Shown here in pieces: positions 37,455 through 49,985 of a stretch of 64,000 nt of DNA. The stretch spans positions 17,910,711-17,974,710 of the forward strand of contig MU054187.1 in NCBI GenBank assembly GCA_013239625.1. The letters run 5' to 3'. Both the position numbers and the translations under genes were made by a program. Origin of the DNA: Lama guanicoe (taxonomy: Eukaryota). How positions within the stretch are numbered: the stretch's first letter is position 1; each line of letters opens with the position of its first letter. Under the pieces are notes generated by a model. The model saw only the letters and a list, made by a program, of their open reading frames with translations, was not told where the DNA came from and ran no database searches.

Positions 37455-38635
37455 AATTCAGAAATGGTACAGCCACTCTAGAAAATAACTTGGCAGTTTC
37501 TTATACAACTATAGATGCGTTTATCACATGAACCAAAAATTTCATTCCTAGACTTTTACCCTTAAGAAACTCAAGTATATAGCCATATTTAAAAAAAAAA
37601 CTATAGATGTATGTTCACAGCCCTTTTATTTGTAATGGATCAAACTGGAAACAATCCATGTGTTCTTCTGTGGGTGAATGCTTAAATGAGCTATGATATA
37701 TCCATACCAAGGAACACTACTTACCACTGAAAAGGAGCAAGCTATTAATGTACACAACAACTTGGATAGAACTCAAGGGTATTAGGGGAAATGAAAAAAA
37801 AATTCAGTCAAAAATATCACCTTTGGCTTCCCCTGCTAACGAAAAATACAGCATTCCTAGGAAATCTTTCCTGAGCTGAAATAGTATCAAGCGAAGAAGC
37901 AATTACCTTAAGACACAGATGCACAAAATAAATTGAGATAAAGTAAGGCATGGTTCAGAGCTATGGAGGCTGATGCTGAGATACGGAGAGTGGTCCTCAG
38001 GGAAGGAACTTGGCGCTGCCACCCTCGCTGCCTGGGGTGCGCGCTGCCTCTTAACGGCTGACGGCCAGACAAATGCTGAACGCTATTTTTGCTTTTCTTT
38101 TCTTTCTTTCTTTCTTTTTTTTTCTTTTTTTTGTAAAAGCGAAAATTCTCTTTGGATTTCTTTCACTTAGGGAAAGCAGATACTAATATAGATAGTCTTT
38201 TGTCCAAGCAAAGTGGTGTAAAATAAACTTTTGAAAAATGAGGGATGCCTGTATTGTATGATTCAATTTATGTAACTCTCCAAAAATGACAACATTTTAG
38301 AAATAAAGAACAAATTAGTCTTTTCCAGGGACTAGTAAGGAGGGATAGGGTGGGGGTAGTGGCTATAAAGTGGTAAAATGAGGGAGATCTTTATGTTGAT
38401 GGAATGGATGTACATTCTGATTGTGGGAGAGGTTATACAAATCTTCACCTGTGATAAAATGGCATCAATTTAAGTACACATTGTACAGTGTCAGTATCCT
38501 GGGTCTGCTATTGTATGATCACCAGTGGGGGGAAAACTGGGTGAAGGACACATGGAACTTCTTGCACTAACTTGCAACTTCCTGTGAATCTGTAAAATTA
38601 TTTTAAAATTAAAAGAAAAAAATAAAATGAAATAA
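37455..38635 (+). mobile_element. L1 3' end (L1MC/L1MD-type), interrupted by a Tigger element
   Basis: 'aaatggtacagccactctagaaaa...ttggcagtttctta', 'gcaacttcctgtgaatctgtaa', A-rich tail. Confidence 0.88.
37823..38251 (-). mobile_element. Tigger-family non-autonomous DNA transposon (laurasiatherian type)
   Basis: Ends 'gagggatgcctg' followed by TA; internal 'gcgaagaagcaattacctta', 'gatgcacaaaataaattgagataaag', 'gtaaaagcgaaaattctctt'. Confidence 0.8.
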
Positions 38636-39019
38636 AAGGAACGAAAATGTCATGCTCTTTTGTTGGAAGAGCTGGGATCATGAATTACATTTGGGGAATA
38701 AAATGAGTAGTTACAGTCAAGATAATACTATGTCCGGTCACCTTATTTCTTTGCAATGACACTATATGCTGCACACAGTGATACTGATGAGAACACAAGA
38801 ATGAACAAACTGAGTCCTCTTTCCAGCTAATGGAAACTGGGGAAGGGGGTACAAAGGGGTAAATAAGCAACTGGAATGCCAAATAAGAGCCCCAGCGTGA
38901 TGAGCAAATGCCGTGGCTATCTGACAGACGGTCTCTTACAAACTCACCCCAGCTCAGTTATAGAAATATCACATCCTTCGGTGTCAAAAGCAACTCTAAA
39001 TCTTTCTCTTTACGTTCTT

Positions 39020-39220
39020 TTTAATGTGCTGGGTGGTGTGCTCAGTATCTCACACATATTGCCTCATTCGTGTTTTGCATCTCTGTAAGGGAGGTCCTAT
39101 TCCTGAGGTATGGGAGAGACAATAAATTCTCTGTGTGTCTGCAGTCACACAGTTGGAGGTCTTAGAGTCAGGATCTGAAACCCGGTGGTCTGATTCCTGA
39201 GTATACGTTCTTAATCACTG
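39020..39220 (-). mobile_element. MIR SINE
   Basis: 'gtcacacag...ggatctgaaacccggtggtctgattcc...ttcttaatcactg'. Confidence 0.6.
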
Positions 39221-40679
39221 TCCTAAATTTCATGGTCTGTGTGTGTCAAGTTGGGGATAACACTTTTTATCTTGTCTGTATGTGAAGGCACATGAGTTGG
39301 AGTCTCACTCTGACATCTCATACTGCACATTTTGTGGAAGTTCATAATATGCTCTTATTATTGAAGTCTTTCTAACTGAAGGGTAATTCAGGTACCATCT
39401 ATTCAAATTCCCTATTGTCTACTCTACTAAAGGAGAACACCCATCAGTCAGCACATCTGTGTAATTACTTTTCAGTGTCACCTTAAAGGCTTAGGCTTAT
39501 TGTAAAGGAGGAAACTGGCATCTGAGCCCCCTCTCCCAGGAATCACTGAGGGGCAGAATTAGACTGCACTGAATACTGGCGGATATCCACAGTTGCTCTA
39601 TTTGGCTTATACTTCTAGCTTAGAACGCAAACTTTTTCTGATCCTGTTCCATGTTGTACAAATACCAAACATGGCTAAGCCCTTCTCCCTGCTCTTACCT
39701 GTATTTTTTTCCCAGCTGAGTCATTACAGAGAGTGGATTGAAAACCCCTCTTGCCTCCTTGGGCTAAGGAAGAAGGACACTAAATTATTTACCCTAGGAC
39801 TCAGTATCTCCCTAAGGAAATACAGAACTTCTAGTCTTGCTTCTTTATCACCCTATGTTCCTTTTCTATTCCTGTTGCTCAAGTTTTCTCTTTTGAGCAG
39901 AAGAGAAGAATGGATGTTAAAGGAGGCAGTGGGAGAGAGGAAGGAGAGTTCCATACAAACAGGGACCCAGATGAAAGGAAGGGGAGGAGATAAAGAAGGA
40001 AGGGGAGAGGGGAGACACCTCCTTGAGAGACTGCGGCAGAAATGCCTCTAAGTTAAATGAGATTAAAGACATGTACATGTATATCCATGAAGAATTTCAC
40101 TTGATTTATTTCTTAAAAGGAGGAAGGGGAAAGCAAGAGCTGCTTGGAGAGCAATGTGGCCAAGAAGATGGGAGCAGTGGCTGATGTTGCTCCTTTTATC
40201 TGTGTCATCCACACTTAGGCTGACTACATAACTAATCTTGAATTCTAGAAAGCTCTATACATTTCTAAAAATGGGAAAGAGAAACTCTCTCAGGTACATT
40301 TAAAAGGTGGAATAATAAGAAGTGAAAAGGAAGGAAAGATGGGAGAGAGAAGGAAAAGAAGGAGAAAGCCAACCATTAGTCAGAATGCCTGTCTTCTGTT
40401 CAAATATTGATGAGTTACACAAATAATTCTCTTAGAAGTTCAAAAAACAGAATACACCCTGCATCATGGGGTGAATCAGGCATAAGAACACGTTTTCTAG
40501 TATGCATTATCTATTTTAGGGAGAGGAAAAAATCTGGGTCATACCAAGCAAAAATAGCTTGTTTTGTTTGTTTCTGAAGGGAGGAATACATCTAATTTAT
40601 CCATCTTAAAAATCAGTCATTAGGACTGTAGCCATTATTAAAATTTTTTCTTTTCTTAAAAAAATAATCATAATGACTC

Positions 40680-40930
40680 AAATGGTTAAAAGTATGAGTT
40701 CTACTTATAAGAGCTGTCGCTTACCTACGTGACCGATGGCCAGTTATTTTCCTTCTATGTGCCTGTACTTCATCTGTAAACTGGGATTAATGGCAGTACC
40801 TCCCTCTAAGGACCACTGTGAGGATTAAATGAGATAATCACTGTAATGAGTTTAGCCGAATGCCTCTCATGTTGTTGCAATCCCCAATGCCTTGTACCCT
40901 CAACACATATTGGCATCATTATTATTATTT
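40680..40930 (+). mobile_element. MIR SINE
   Basis: 'ttcatctgtaaactgggattaatggcagtacctccctc...tgtgaggattaaatgagataat'. Confidence 0.85.
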
Positions 40931-41499
40931 TAAAGGAAATATACAGAAAGGTGTACTATAGTCATCATAAATAAGGTCAACCACCATAACACAAAATCAT
41001 TTTTAAAACCCCCAAGAAATAATGGAAACTCTTCCAGAAAGACCTAAACGTTCATCACTAAATGTGAAAATCTCAGGAGCAACAGAAGGACTTAATGAAA
41101 TCCTGACAAAGCCAAACAGTGAACTTGGTTGTTCTCCATCATTGACCAAATAAAATGCTTCCTGAAATTTGCCAGATAGGAAATGAATCTAAGCTCAGCT
41201 TTATGCTAGACAAGCTTAATTATCTTAGCAATGATTTCACAGGACACAAATTCAATAATTGATGCATTCAAAAATTTATAAGGCAATATGCCACATCTTT
41301 GGCAGAGATTTGCTTAATTTCTTACAGCTGAAGTTTTTGGCGACTTGGTCTCAGAATATACTGTTAATGAATATTTTCAACTTTCTTTGAGTTTTTTCTA
41401 TTGTCACCATTTCAGATTCCGTCTAATCCTACAATTTTCTCATGCCAGTTGGTATGTAGTCTGCTTAATTGTAATAACAGTAGACAGGTGCTTCCTGTC

Positions 41500-41881
41500 T
41501 ACATCAATTAGGGTTCAATCAGAAAAGATAGATCCATTAGGAGATACATACAGAGAAATTTATTCAGTAAATTTTCTTGTGGGAGACGTCTAGGCAATTC
41601 CAAAATCCACAGGGTGAGCCATCAAGAGAACAGGCTAGAATTCTTGGGTGTTGGCTGAAGCTATTGTCTACAGGCAGAATTTCTTATCCCAGAAAGCCTC
41701 TGCCTTGCTTTCAAAGCCTTTTAACTGATTGATCAGGTCCACCCAGATTACCTAGAATAACCTCCCCTACTTGAGTCAATTGATTACAGACTTTAATGAC
41801 ATCTACAAAATACCTTTACACCAACAGCTAGATTAGTATATCAATAACCCGGCCAAGTTGGCAAGTCAAAAACCCCACCAC
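41500..41881 (-). mobile_element. ERVL 3' LTR (MLT2-type)
   Basis: 'ccttttaactgattgatcaggtccacccagattacctagaataacctcccctactt...catctacaaaatacctt' is antisense MLT2. Confidence 0.8.
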
Positions 41882-42365
41882 AATTTGGCATCTAAAAAAA
41901 TCTCCTTCACTCATACTTAAAATCCAAATCAAGCCAGTTGCAAAGTGTATTTCTACCCAACAAGATATAACTATTCTGTTTAAAAATGGAAAGATACTTT
42001 CCTTTTTCCCAGAGGGTACAAATTCACTCTTCCCCTTTGCTATTCAATAACTTACTGTGATGTAAAATTACCTAACATTAATACATTTCATGATGGTTGA
42101 TAAGGGAGTAAGGGGGAGAGAAGAAAACAAAAATATTTGGTTAATATATATGCAAACTTATTCAAAATTAAACAAAGAACTACACAGAGCTGGTACAGTC
42201 CTTGTTTCTGCAACTGGTCAAATGATTGGAGCTAGTAAGCAGGACCGCTGTCTTCCACTACCCATCCCATATCCTCTGCCCTTAGCAAGCATCTCAGCTG
42301 GTCATGGTTCTTTGCCTGGTGACATAAACAAAATCTTCATCCCCAAAGTGTTGATGCCTTAAGAG
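41882..42365 (-). mobile_element. ERVL internal 3' region with pol C-terminal remnant
   Basis: Minus translation near 42265-42350 reads GMKILFMSPGKEP*PAEMLAKG, matching the ERVL pol end motif (GMKVWVTPPGKEPRPAEVLAEG). Confidence 0.75.
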
Positions 42366-43629
42366 GCCATATTCAAGATGCTCTGTTAGTATCTTCTGTG
42401 TGTGGAGAGAGAACTGTGAATAATCTGAGGGCTGATTTTTTTATGATTTGTATTTAATCACTTGAATAATTTTCTTTACTAGTGAAATTGTAAGCCATTC
42501 TGGCACTGTTGCTCCAGAGCAGGTTGAAATAGGACTTTTGTGGTCTAAAATGATGGCAACACCACTTGGTACAAGGAGAAGTCTCTGTGGGAAGAAGTGG
42601 ACCGATGTACACAGAGTCTTTTGGAGGGGAAAGAAGTACCAATCAGACCTTTCCCTCTAGAGAAATATTCCTGATGGATTGACGTGGTCTAGATCAGGTT
42701 CCCTGGAAGGATGTACCTGGGCTGGCGACTGGAGCTTAACACAAGGACCAATGTGATATTGAGCAGTGTCTGGTTCTGCCACAACATGAAAGAGGGAACA
42801 GAAACCTAGGCCGATTGAGCTCTCTGGCAGATCTGGGACTGTTTACTGCAGCAGCAGTCATTTTAGAGCCTCAGGGTTTGGCACCAGTGTATCCTCTAAA
42901 CATAATCCGAGTCTATGCTCTTGTGCCAAAAGCTCTCTTGTTACAGGTAATACTTAGCATTTTAACTGTGATAATTCCAAAATGCAACATAATGTGAAAC
43001 ATGTATAACTACAGACACATAAATAATCATGTGAATCTTGTGTACAATTAGCCCTCTAGGACGTACCTCCTTTGAAATTAACTTTCAGTGTCTACTCAGT
43101 TTCTCAGCAGAGTCATCCAATGTTACAGAAGCGTGTAATACTGGTTACACTAAGAAATAGATTTATGCATAGGAAAAAGGAAAGGGCTGGAAGGGTATAT
43201 ACCAAATATTTAATTATATTTGTGTTTCAGTATCTATTTTCTCCTTTTGTTCTAGTTTCAAATTTATTTACTTTTTTATTATTTTAATATAGCACCTAGT
43301 ATTAGTTTTATAATGAGGAAACTGATAGAAATTTGAAATATAATTTTACCTTTCAGTTATTATGTCATATGCATTATTTATTTAAATATGCTTACATTTT
43401 TACAGTAAATTATTCCATTTTGGCTCATATTTAGGTTATTTGGAACTTTCCTTTGGACTTTGTCTATTGCATATACTAAAATGAAATGTTAAGAATTTTC
43501 TGGGGAATTTGGTTAAAGTGACACACAATCTTTTTCCTCTGTAGGTGGGATTAGCATGAAATACCACTAACTTAACACATCTCAGTACTTTTACAAGCAA
43601 ATTCTATGAATTACTGAATGATGAGTTGG

Positions 43630-44075
43630 ATATCTTCCATGTTACCCTCCAGATAGAACTTGTACCCTTGCTTGTCCTGTTGTGTACTTTGGAAGGCTGC
43701 CCCATGTGGACTGTACCAATAACCTTTTAGATCATCTTCGCCTTTAGATTGTTTTGGCTGATGAGAGGTTCTGGCAGGAGTTAGAGAGGGGAAAGGAAAG
43801 TGATATTGGGTTACTTTTTAACCTGGCTTTGTTCATAGTTCACATCAGGCAATTTGTTTTATGCAGCTCTCTTGTTGGGTTCTAATAACTGTTCCTTCCC
43901 CTTGGACATCGAGTTTATTGTTAGTAACAGATCTCAGCTTTTGCTGACCCTTGAGTTCTGCACAATTCCTTGGTGTATTCCCTAAATCTTGCCCGTAATT
44001 CTCTACAAAAGATAATTTATGAAATGATGCTCAAAGCCAAAGGAACCATATGTTTTGAGATCTCTGACAATAAAA
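43630..44075 (+). mobile_element. Old ERVL-class LTR (LTR33/LTR16-like)
   Basis: 'ttttggctgatgagaggttctggcaggagttagagagggg' resembles the LTR33-type motif. Confidence 0.55.
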
Positions 44076-44740
44076 TAATTGGTAGTAGGTATAAGCTCTA
44101 AGAAGCAGATGCTCAAAGTAAGATTCTGGGTTGTTCACATATTTGAGGTGTGTGGATAACCTTCTTGCTGGGAGTGAGGAGCATGGTGATCTATGTCATG
44201 CGCTACCATCACAAATATTCACACTACCCCTGGTGGCTGCAGGTGATGATGAGTATGGAAGATAAGCCATTGAGAGATCGAATGGCTGAGTAATTCAGTA
44301 GTTAGGGAAACAATAGTGATTATTAATATTGTATATATATTTGGCTTCTTATAAATGCTCTGCAAAGCTTACACGAAAAAACGAAGAGGAAATGAAAGTT
44401 GTAAAATTCAAACTCAGAATATGAGTGGAAAATGATAAAATTTTGATGTCAACTTAGAACAAATTTCCCACATCCTAAAGTGCCAGAGAAGATAAGCTGA
44501 GGACCAGTACTGGGACTGGATGTTGACAGTTCTTATCATAGTGCCAGTGAGATGCTCAATTCATAAGGTCTCAGGGATGAGAAAGGCATTGATGGGGAGA
44601 GAATGGGATTCCAAGATACAGAATGAAAAGATTGTGGCAATCATGACAAGGCTGAAAACTTCAGTTTTCAAATTTCCCTAAATCTCCCTTGTCTGCCACC
44701 TTACAACTGTACAGCTATACACAGTCTGGGAATTAACTCA
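44076..44740 (+). mobile_element. ERVL-class internal 5' region (ERV3-16A3/HERV16-like), degraded
   Basis: Begins 'attggtagtagg...ctaagaagcagatgctcaaag..agattctggg' right after the LTR. Confidence 0.5.
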
Positions 44741-44953
44741 GCCTGCTCTTGCCAAGCTGGACTGCTTTCTGTGCTAATCTCAGATGGAGCACATTTAATT
44801 ATAAGATCCCTCCTGTATCTGAGAGTCAGTTCATGAGAGCACACTGTAGACTGGCCTCTTTACCTCCAAGAACCCAAAAGATGCACAATCAAACAAGTTC
44901 TTCTATGTGCCTGCAGCAGGCAGAATTCTAAGATGGTCCCCAAGAGTCCCACC

Positions 44954-45363
44954 TGTCTTAGTCGGCTTGGGCTACAATAACAAAAAACCATAGGCCGGGT
45001 GGCTTAAACAACACAAATTTATTTCTCACAATTGTGGAGCCTATGAATCTCAAGATCAAGGTGATGGGTGGCTTGGTTTCTGGTGAGAGCTCCATTCCTG
45101 GCTTGTAGATGGCTGCCTTCTTGATGTGTCCTCAATGGCCATTCCTCAGTGTGAGTACATGGAGAGAGAGAGAGAGAAAGTAGGCTCTCCGATGTCTCTT
45201 CTTACAAAGGCACTAATCCCATTGTAAGGGCCCCACTCTCATGACCTCACTGAACTCTCGTAAACCCCATTGGGAGTTAAAAGGCTCATTTCCAAATACT
45301 GTCACATTGAGAGTTAGGGCTCAAATATATGAGTTTTGAAGGGGTACAAATAATCAATCTACA
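44954..45363 (-). mobile_element. MaLR LTR (MLT1B/MLT1A1-type)
   Basis: 'tgtcttagtc...gggtggcttaaacaacacaaatttatttctcaca...ccaaatactgtcacattg'. Confidence 0.85.
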
Positions 45364-45705
45364 ACTCCCTGCATATTGTATACATTCTGTATAACACCCT
45401 CCTTTTGAATGTGGGTGAAGCATGTGGATATGATGTGATATCACTCTCATTCTTATCTTCTATTACAAGCAAAGGGATTGTTGTAAATGTAATTATAGTA
45501 TCTGAATAGATTAATTAGAAAGGAGACTCTCTAAGGTGAGCCTGATCTACTCAGGTAAGCTCTTCAGAAGGGGTCTAGAGTTTGAAAATGTTAAGAGTCA
45601 GGGAGATGCTCTCCTGGCAGCTTTGAAGAAGTTGGCAGATAGCCATTTTATGAACTGCTATTGAGGGGAGCAGCTTTTAGGGTCTTGGGGCCTCAGTCCT
45701 ATAAC

Positions 45706-46137
45706 TGTAATAGTGAAGAACATATCTGACTCCAAATTAGATGTATTCCTTTAACTCTGTTTCCTGGGCTCAGCCCTGCTGGTTCTGCACCTTTTGTAAA
45801 AGAATGTTGCCTGTGGCCTGAAATAGACAGGAGAGCCCATTCACAAGGCTCTGACCTTTAAGGGTGTAACACTTTTCTATTCATGCAGAGATAAAAAGTT
45901 GCAGAATAAAGGATTTCGACACCAAGAAGTTTGAAATAATCAAGCACACCCTTCCTCTTTTTAGCATAAAAGGAGCCTGAATTCTGACTTGGGGAAGATG
46001 GTTTTCCAGGACGTTAGTTTGCCATCTTCTGTCTGCTGGCTTTCCGAATAAAGTTGTTATTCCTGACCCAACTCTTCATCACCCGGTTTATTGGCCTGCC
46101 GCGCAGCGAGCAGAACACAAGCTTGAACTTGGTAACG
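45706..46137 (+). mobile_element. ERV1-class solo LTR
   Basis: TG...CG (from CA) ends; 4-bp TSD TAAC/TAGC; 'cataaaa' box and AATAAA (~46048). Confidence 0.82.
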
Positions 46138-46549
46138 TAGCTACAAGGAACTGAATTCTGCCAACAATTGGAATGTGCTTAAAAGAAAACCTCAAGTTCT
46201 TCATGACACCCCAGGCTGGCTGACGCCTTGATTTCAGCCATGCAAGACTCTGTGCAGAGAACCCAGGTGAGCCCTGCTTGGACTTCTGATTCACAGAACC
46301 GTGCAATGATAAAGGAGGCTGTTTTGAGACACTCCGTTTGTGGTGGTTTATTACTTAGCAGTATAAAACAATTGCAGTGCCTCTGACAAACAGCCCTAAA
46401 TTGATGGAAAATGTGGTAAGGCCACCATTCAGCAATCTGTTGTGAGTTGTTATGCCATTCTTACTTAAACTTAATAAAGCTGAATATCAAAGTTAAGTGA
46501 ATATCTATTTATAGTTTTTAGAATTTAAAAGTTTCTTAGAGATTAACAA

Positions 46550-46690
46550 ATACAGCCTTCTTCACTTTATCTGAGGAGAAAAGGGGATCAAAATGATTAA
46601 CAAAATTTGTCCCAAATCACACATGTAGTCCATGGCCTGGATAGGACTTGAAGCCAGTGTATTAGTTACAAATTTGGCTCTCTTTTAACT
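46550..46690 (-). mobile_element. MIR SINE fragment
   Basis: 'tttgtcccaaatcacacatgtag...ggacttgaagccag'. Confidence 0.55.
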
Positions 46691-46774
46691 GAAAAAAAAA
46701 AAAAGCAAATATTTTTTAAAAGATTTCTGAACTTTATAAAAAATTCGGGAACTAATGAGAACGTAGACAGTGAG

Positions 46775-47193
46775 TGCAGTGGGTGAGCTGTGCTGCCCAG
46801 ATCTCTTTGTAGGAGTGAAGAAATTATTTCTGCAGCTGCTGAAGTGCTTCCAGCAGACAGCTGTCAGCTTTCAGCTCTCTCCTGAAAATGTCTCAGCTGG
46901 AGACAGTCACTTTGCCCAAGATCTTGTCCCCTTCCTGGGGCAGCTCATGTGCAGACTGGCGAGGGAAGGGATATGAATTCTGACTTCCACAATTTGGGAC
47001 AATTCTGATGCACCATGTGAGCTTTAGCTCTCCCCATAGGAGAAGTTGTGTCCATAGTTAAACTGCCCCAACCCCAACTCTCTCTCTAACCAAATCCTTT
47101 CCATGTATTGATACCAAGAACCTTCCTTTATAAACTTTTCCACATGCTAATCTCTATTTCAGAGCCAGCTTTCCAGAGAGCTTAACTTACAAG
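46775..47193 (+). mobile_element. LTR16-type ERVL solo LTR
   Basis: 'ttgcccaagatcttgtccccttcctggggcagc', 'gggacaattctgatg', 'catgctaatctctatttcagagccagctttcc'. Confidence 0.75.
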
Positions 47194-47954
47194 ATCTCTG
47201 TAAAACTAGAAATAAGAGAATTACACAACTCTGTAAAATTAGAAATATGAGTTAAGTGAAATAATGCATTTTAAACCACTTTGCTTTCAAGAAAAGTATA
47301 ACTTAGAAAATTAGATGTTATAGTAATTTATGTACATTATAATATGTTATAAATTATAGTTTAAGGAAATAAATTTGTAGTTAAGTGACATTTGCATAAG
47401 GCATAAGTTACGGTGGTAAGGGATAGAGCTGTTTATTTTAGTGCCTCAAGATAATGCTCTATCACCATCTCATGTCAAAGTTAATTAAATCATACTTATT
47501 GAGAAAATATTTTAAATTACTCATTAAAAAATTTGTATTGAGAGCCTATTATATGCCAACCATTATGCTAGCCTATTGTCTTCATGAAGATATATATTCT
47601 ACTATGGGATTTAGATGGAGTAACCATTATCCTGCTACATGTCTCGTTTACATCTGTGGTGGTGGCATCCCATATGATTTAGCATTTTTTCTTGGTTTTT
47701 CATATTTTAAGGAAATATTTTTACTAATGGTTTCCGTAAAATAAACTGGGGTGGTTTTGCTGGAATTCCTCTTTTTATTTTCAGCATGGTCTCAATTAGT
47801 AACATGCCAGACATGCAAAGGGAACAGAGTTTTCAAATTAATATGCGGTTAAATCTCAAAAATAATCAGCAATAAACTGTCTCCCTTTCCTTCAGCCTTT
47901 TTTTAAATGCATTTGTAACTAATACTTCCCTTTAAAGAATAGTATCTATCATGC

Positions 47955-48385
47955 TGTCTGATTAAACAATGTAATGTGGTATAGCCATACAATAAAATAA
48001 CTGTTCCACAATAACAAGGAATAAAGCACTGATTCATCCTACAACATGGGTAAAACTTGAAGCACAAAAAAACCTATGCTAACTAAAAGAGCTAGTCAAA
48101 AAAGACCAAACATGATATGATTAAATTTTTATGCAATGTCCAGAATAGGCAACTCTATAGAGGCAGAAATAAACTAGCAGTTTCCTAGGGTCAGATGTGG
48201 GGAAAAGATGGGGAGAGACTTTTAATGAGTGTGGGTTTCTTTGTGGGTGATAAAAATATTTTAAAATTAGATTGTGGTGATGGTTGCATGACTCTATGAA
48301 TATAGGACAAACGATTGAATTGTATACTTCAAATGGATTAATTTTATGGCATACAAATTACATTTCAATAAAGCTATTAGAAAAA
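47955..48385 (+). mobile_element. L1 3' end (L1MB7/8-like) inserted in the hAT element
   Basis: 'aatgtccagaataggcaactctatagaggcagaaa', 'attagattgtggtgatggttgca', 'caataaagcta'. Confidence 0.88.
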
Positions 48386-49389
48386 CTGATTCTTTGACAT
48401 GAGTGGTTTTGAGGCAGCCAACTTCTTGTGGATCCTGGTGGTGGTGGTGGTTGAAGTATTGAGGGCTGTTGCTCTTGGATCGTTTGGTGAACTAGCCAGT
48501 GTGCCATGACTGTGTGGCTACAACTTGATGAGGACAGTGGGAAAAATGCAAAATTGCAACTTATGTGTGTAACTGAGTAGTCCTACTATGTAATACGTAG
48601 AAAGCAATCTTAAAAAATGTTTTAAATATTGACCATATTATTTAATTCAACAACTATTTATTCTTTCAACAGAAGTAAGGTGTTTCTTTTTAAAGGAAGT
48701 GCACATTTAATGAAATGTAGGAACTATATTTCTCTTTCTCAAGAAAGTTGATGATGAATGCATAAATTGCACAAGACGTTTGTTGACATTTACTACTACA
48801 ATGGTGTCTGTAGTGATATAATTGAGCACATGAAAACTGAATATCATATCAGCTGAAATATCACCAGCATCTATTTCAAATGTTAGCAGTTATTTTTAAA
48901 AGACTATCCAAAGATGATGATTTAACATGCAACATCAGAAAGTAGGTTTACATCTCTCTCTTTAAAGCCTGACTTTTCGTTTAGGTCAAATGATTGCTCT
49001 TCTAAAGTAATTTCACTCTTTACTGATTTCGAGGATTGCTGTGCATATATAAGACATGAAACAATCAGTATTTTTATGTTAATTCCTTTAGCAGATGAAC
49101 TAACAGTTAAGTGATGCCACTGTCAATGGCTGTTTCAAATAGAAAATCAGTTAATTCCAATAACAGATTGAGTTTTCATCTAAATCATGGACTCAAAGTA
49201 AAACTTTTCTTCATTTCTTTTTTTCAACATTTTGAAACATATAATCTTTTAATGTTGCAATGCATTTTTCTTCAGATGTAGTATTCTACTTTCTATGGTA
49301 CACAGAAATTACGCTTGCCACATATATATTGAATAGATCATCCTTTTCTCAGATTAACTACATTGTCAGAGAAAATTAATTGAAATATA

Positions 49390-49985
49390 TTTTATTTTAT
49401 TTTTAAATTCTTAATACAATTTAAGGTTACTTTCTATTTACAATTATTACAAAATATTGGCTCTATTCCTCAAATTGTACAAAACATCCTTGAGTCTGTC
49501 TTACACCCAATAATTTGTACCTCCCTCTTCTTGACTTCTCTATTGCCTCTCCCCATCTCTCCTCACTGGTAACCACTAGTTTGTCCTCTATATCTGTGAA
49601 TCTGCCTTTGTTGTTGTTGTTGTTATATTCACTAATTTGTGGGATTTCTTAGATTCCACATATAAGTGATATTATACAGTATTTGTCTTTCTCTGACTTA
49701 TTTCACTTAGTATAATGCCCTCTAAGTCCATCCATGTTGCTGCAAATGGCAAAATTTTGTTCTTTTTATGGCTGAATAGTATTCCATTGTGTGTGTATAT
49801 AACACAGCTTCTTCAGCCATTCATCTGTTGATGGACACTTAGGTTGCTTTCGTGTCTTGGTAATTGTAAATAACGCTGCTATGAACACTGAAGTGCATGT
49901 ATCTTTTCAAATTAGTGTTTTTCATTTTTTTCAGACTATATACCCAAGTGGAATTGCTGGGTCATATGATAGTTCTCTTTTTTGT
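49390..49985 (-). mobile_element. L1 3' end (L1MA9/artiodactyl-type) inserted in the hAT element; older L1 piece at ~49210-49390
   Basis: 'ctggtaaccactagtttgtcctctatatctgtga', 'gtccatccatgttgctgcaaatggcaaaatt'. Confidence 0.9.

Larger units (their letters stand above)
44912..46377 (+). mobile_element. MaLR LTR (MLT1E-type) hosting two nested insertions
   Basis: 'aggcagaattctaagatggtccccaag' start; 'caaggaactgaattctgccaacaa', 'ccttgatttcagcc', 'tttgtggtggtttattac' end. Confidence 0.85.

Noticed and set aside
39593..40051. Longest ORF (152 aa)
   Set aside because: TTG start, low-complexity purine-rich tail, no recognisable domain or splice structure; expected by chance.
47196..47252. Short direct repeat CTCTGTAAAA.TAGAAATA.GAG
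   Set aside because: A two-copy local duplication, probably in a MIR remnant; not an array.
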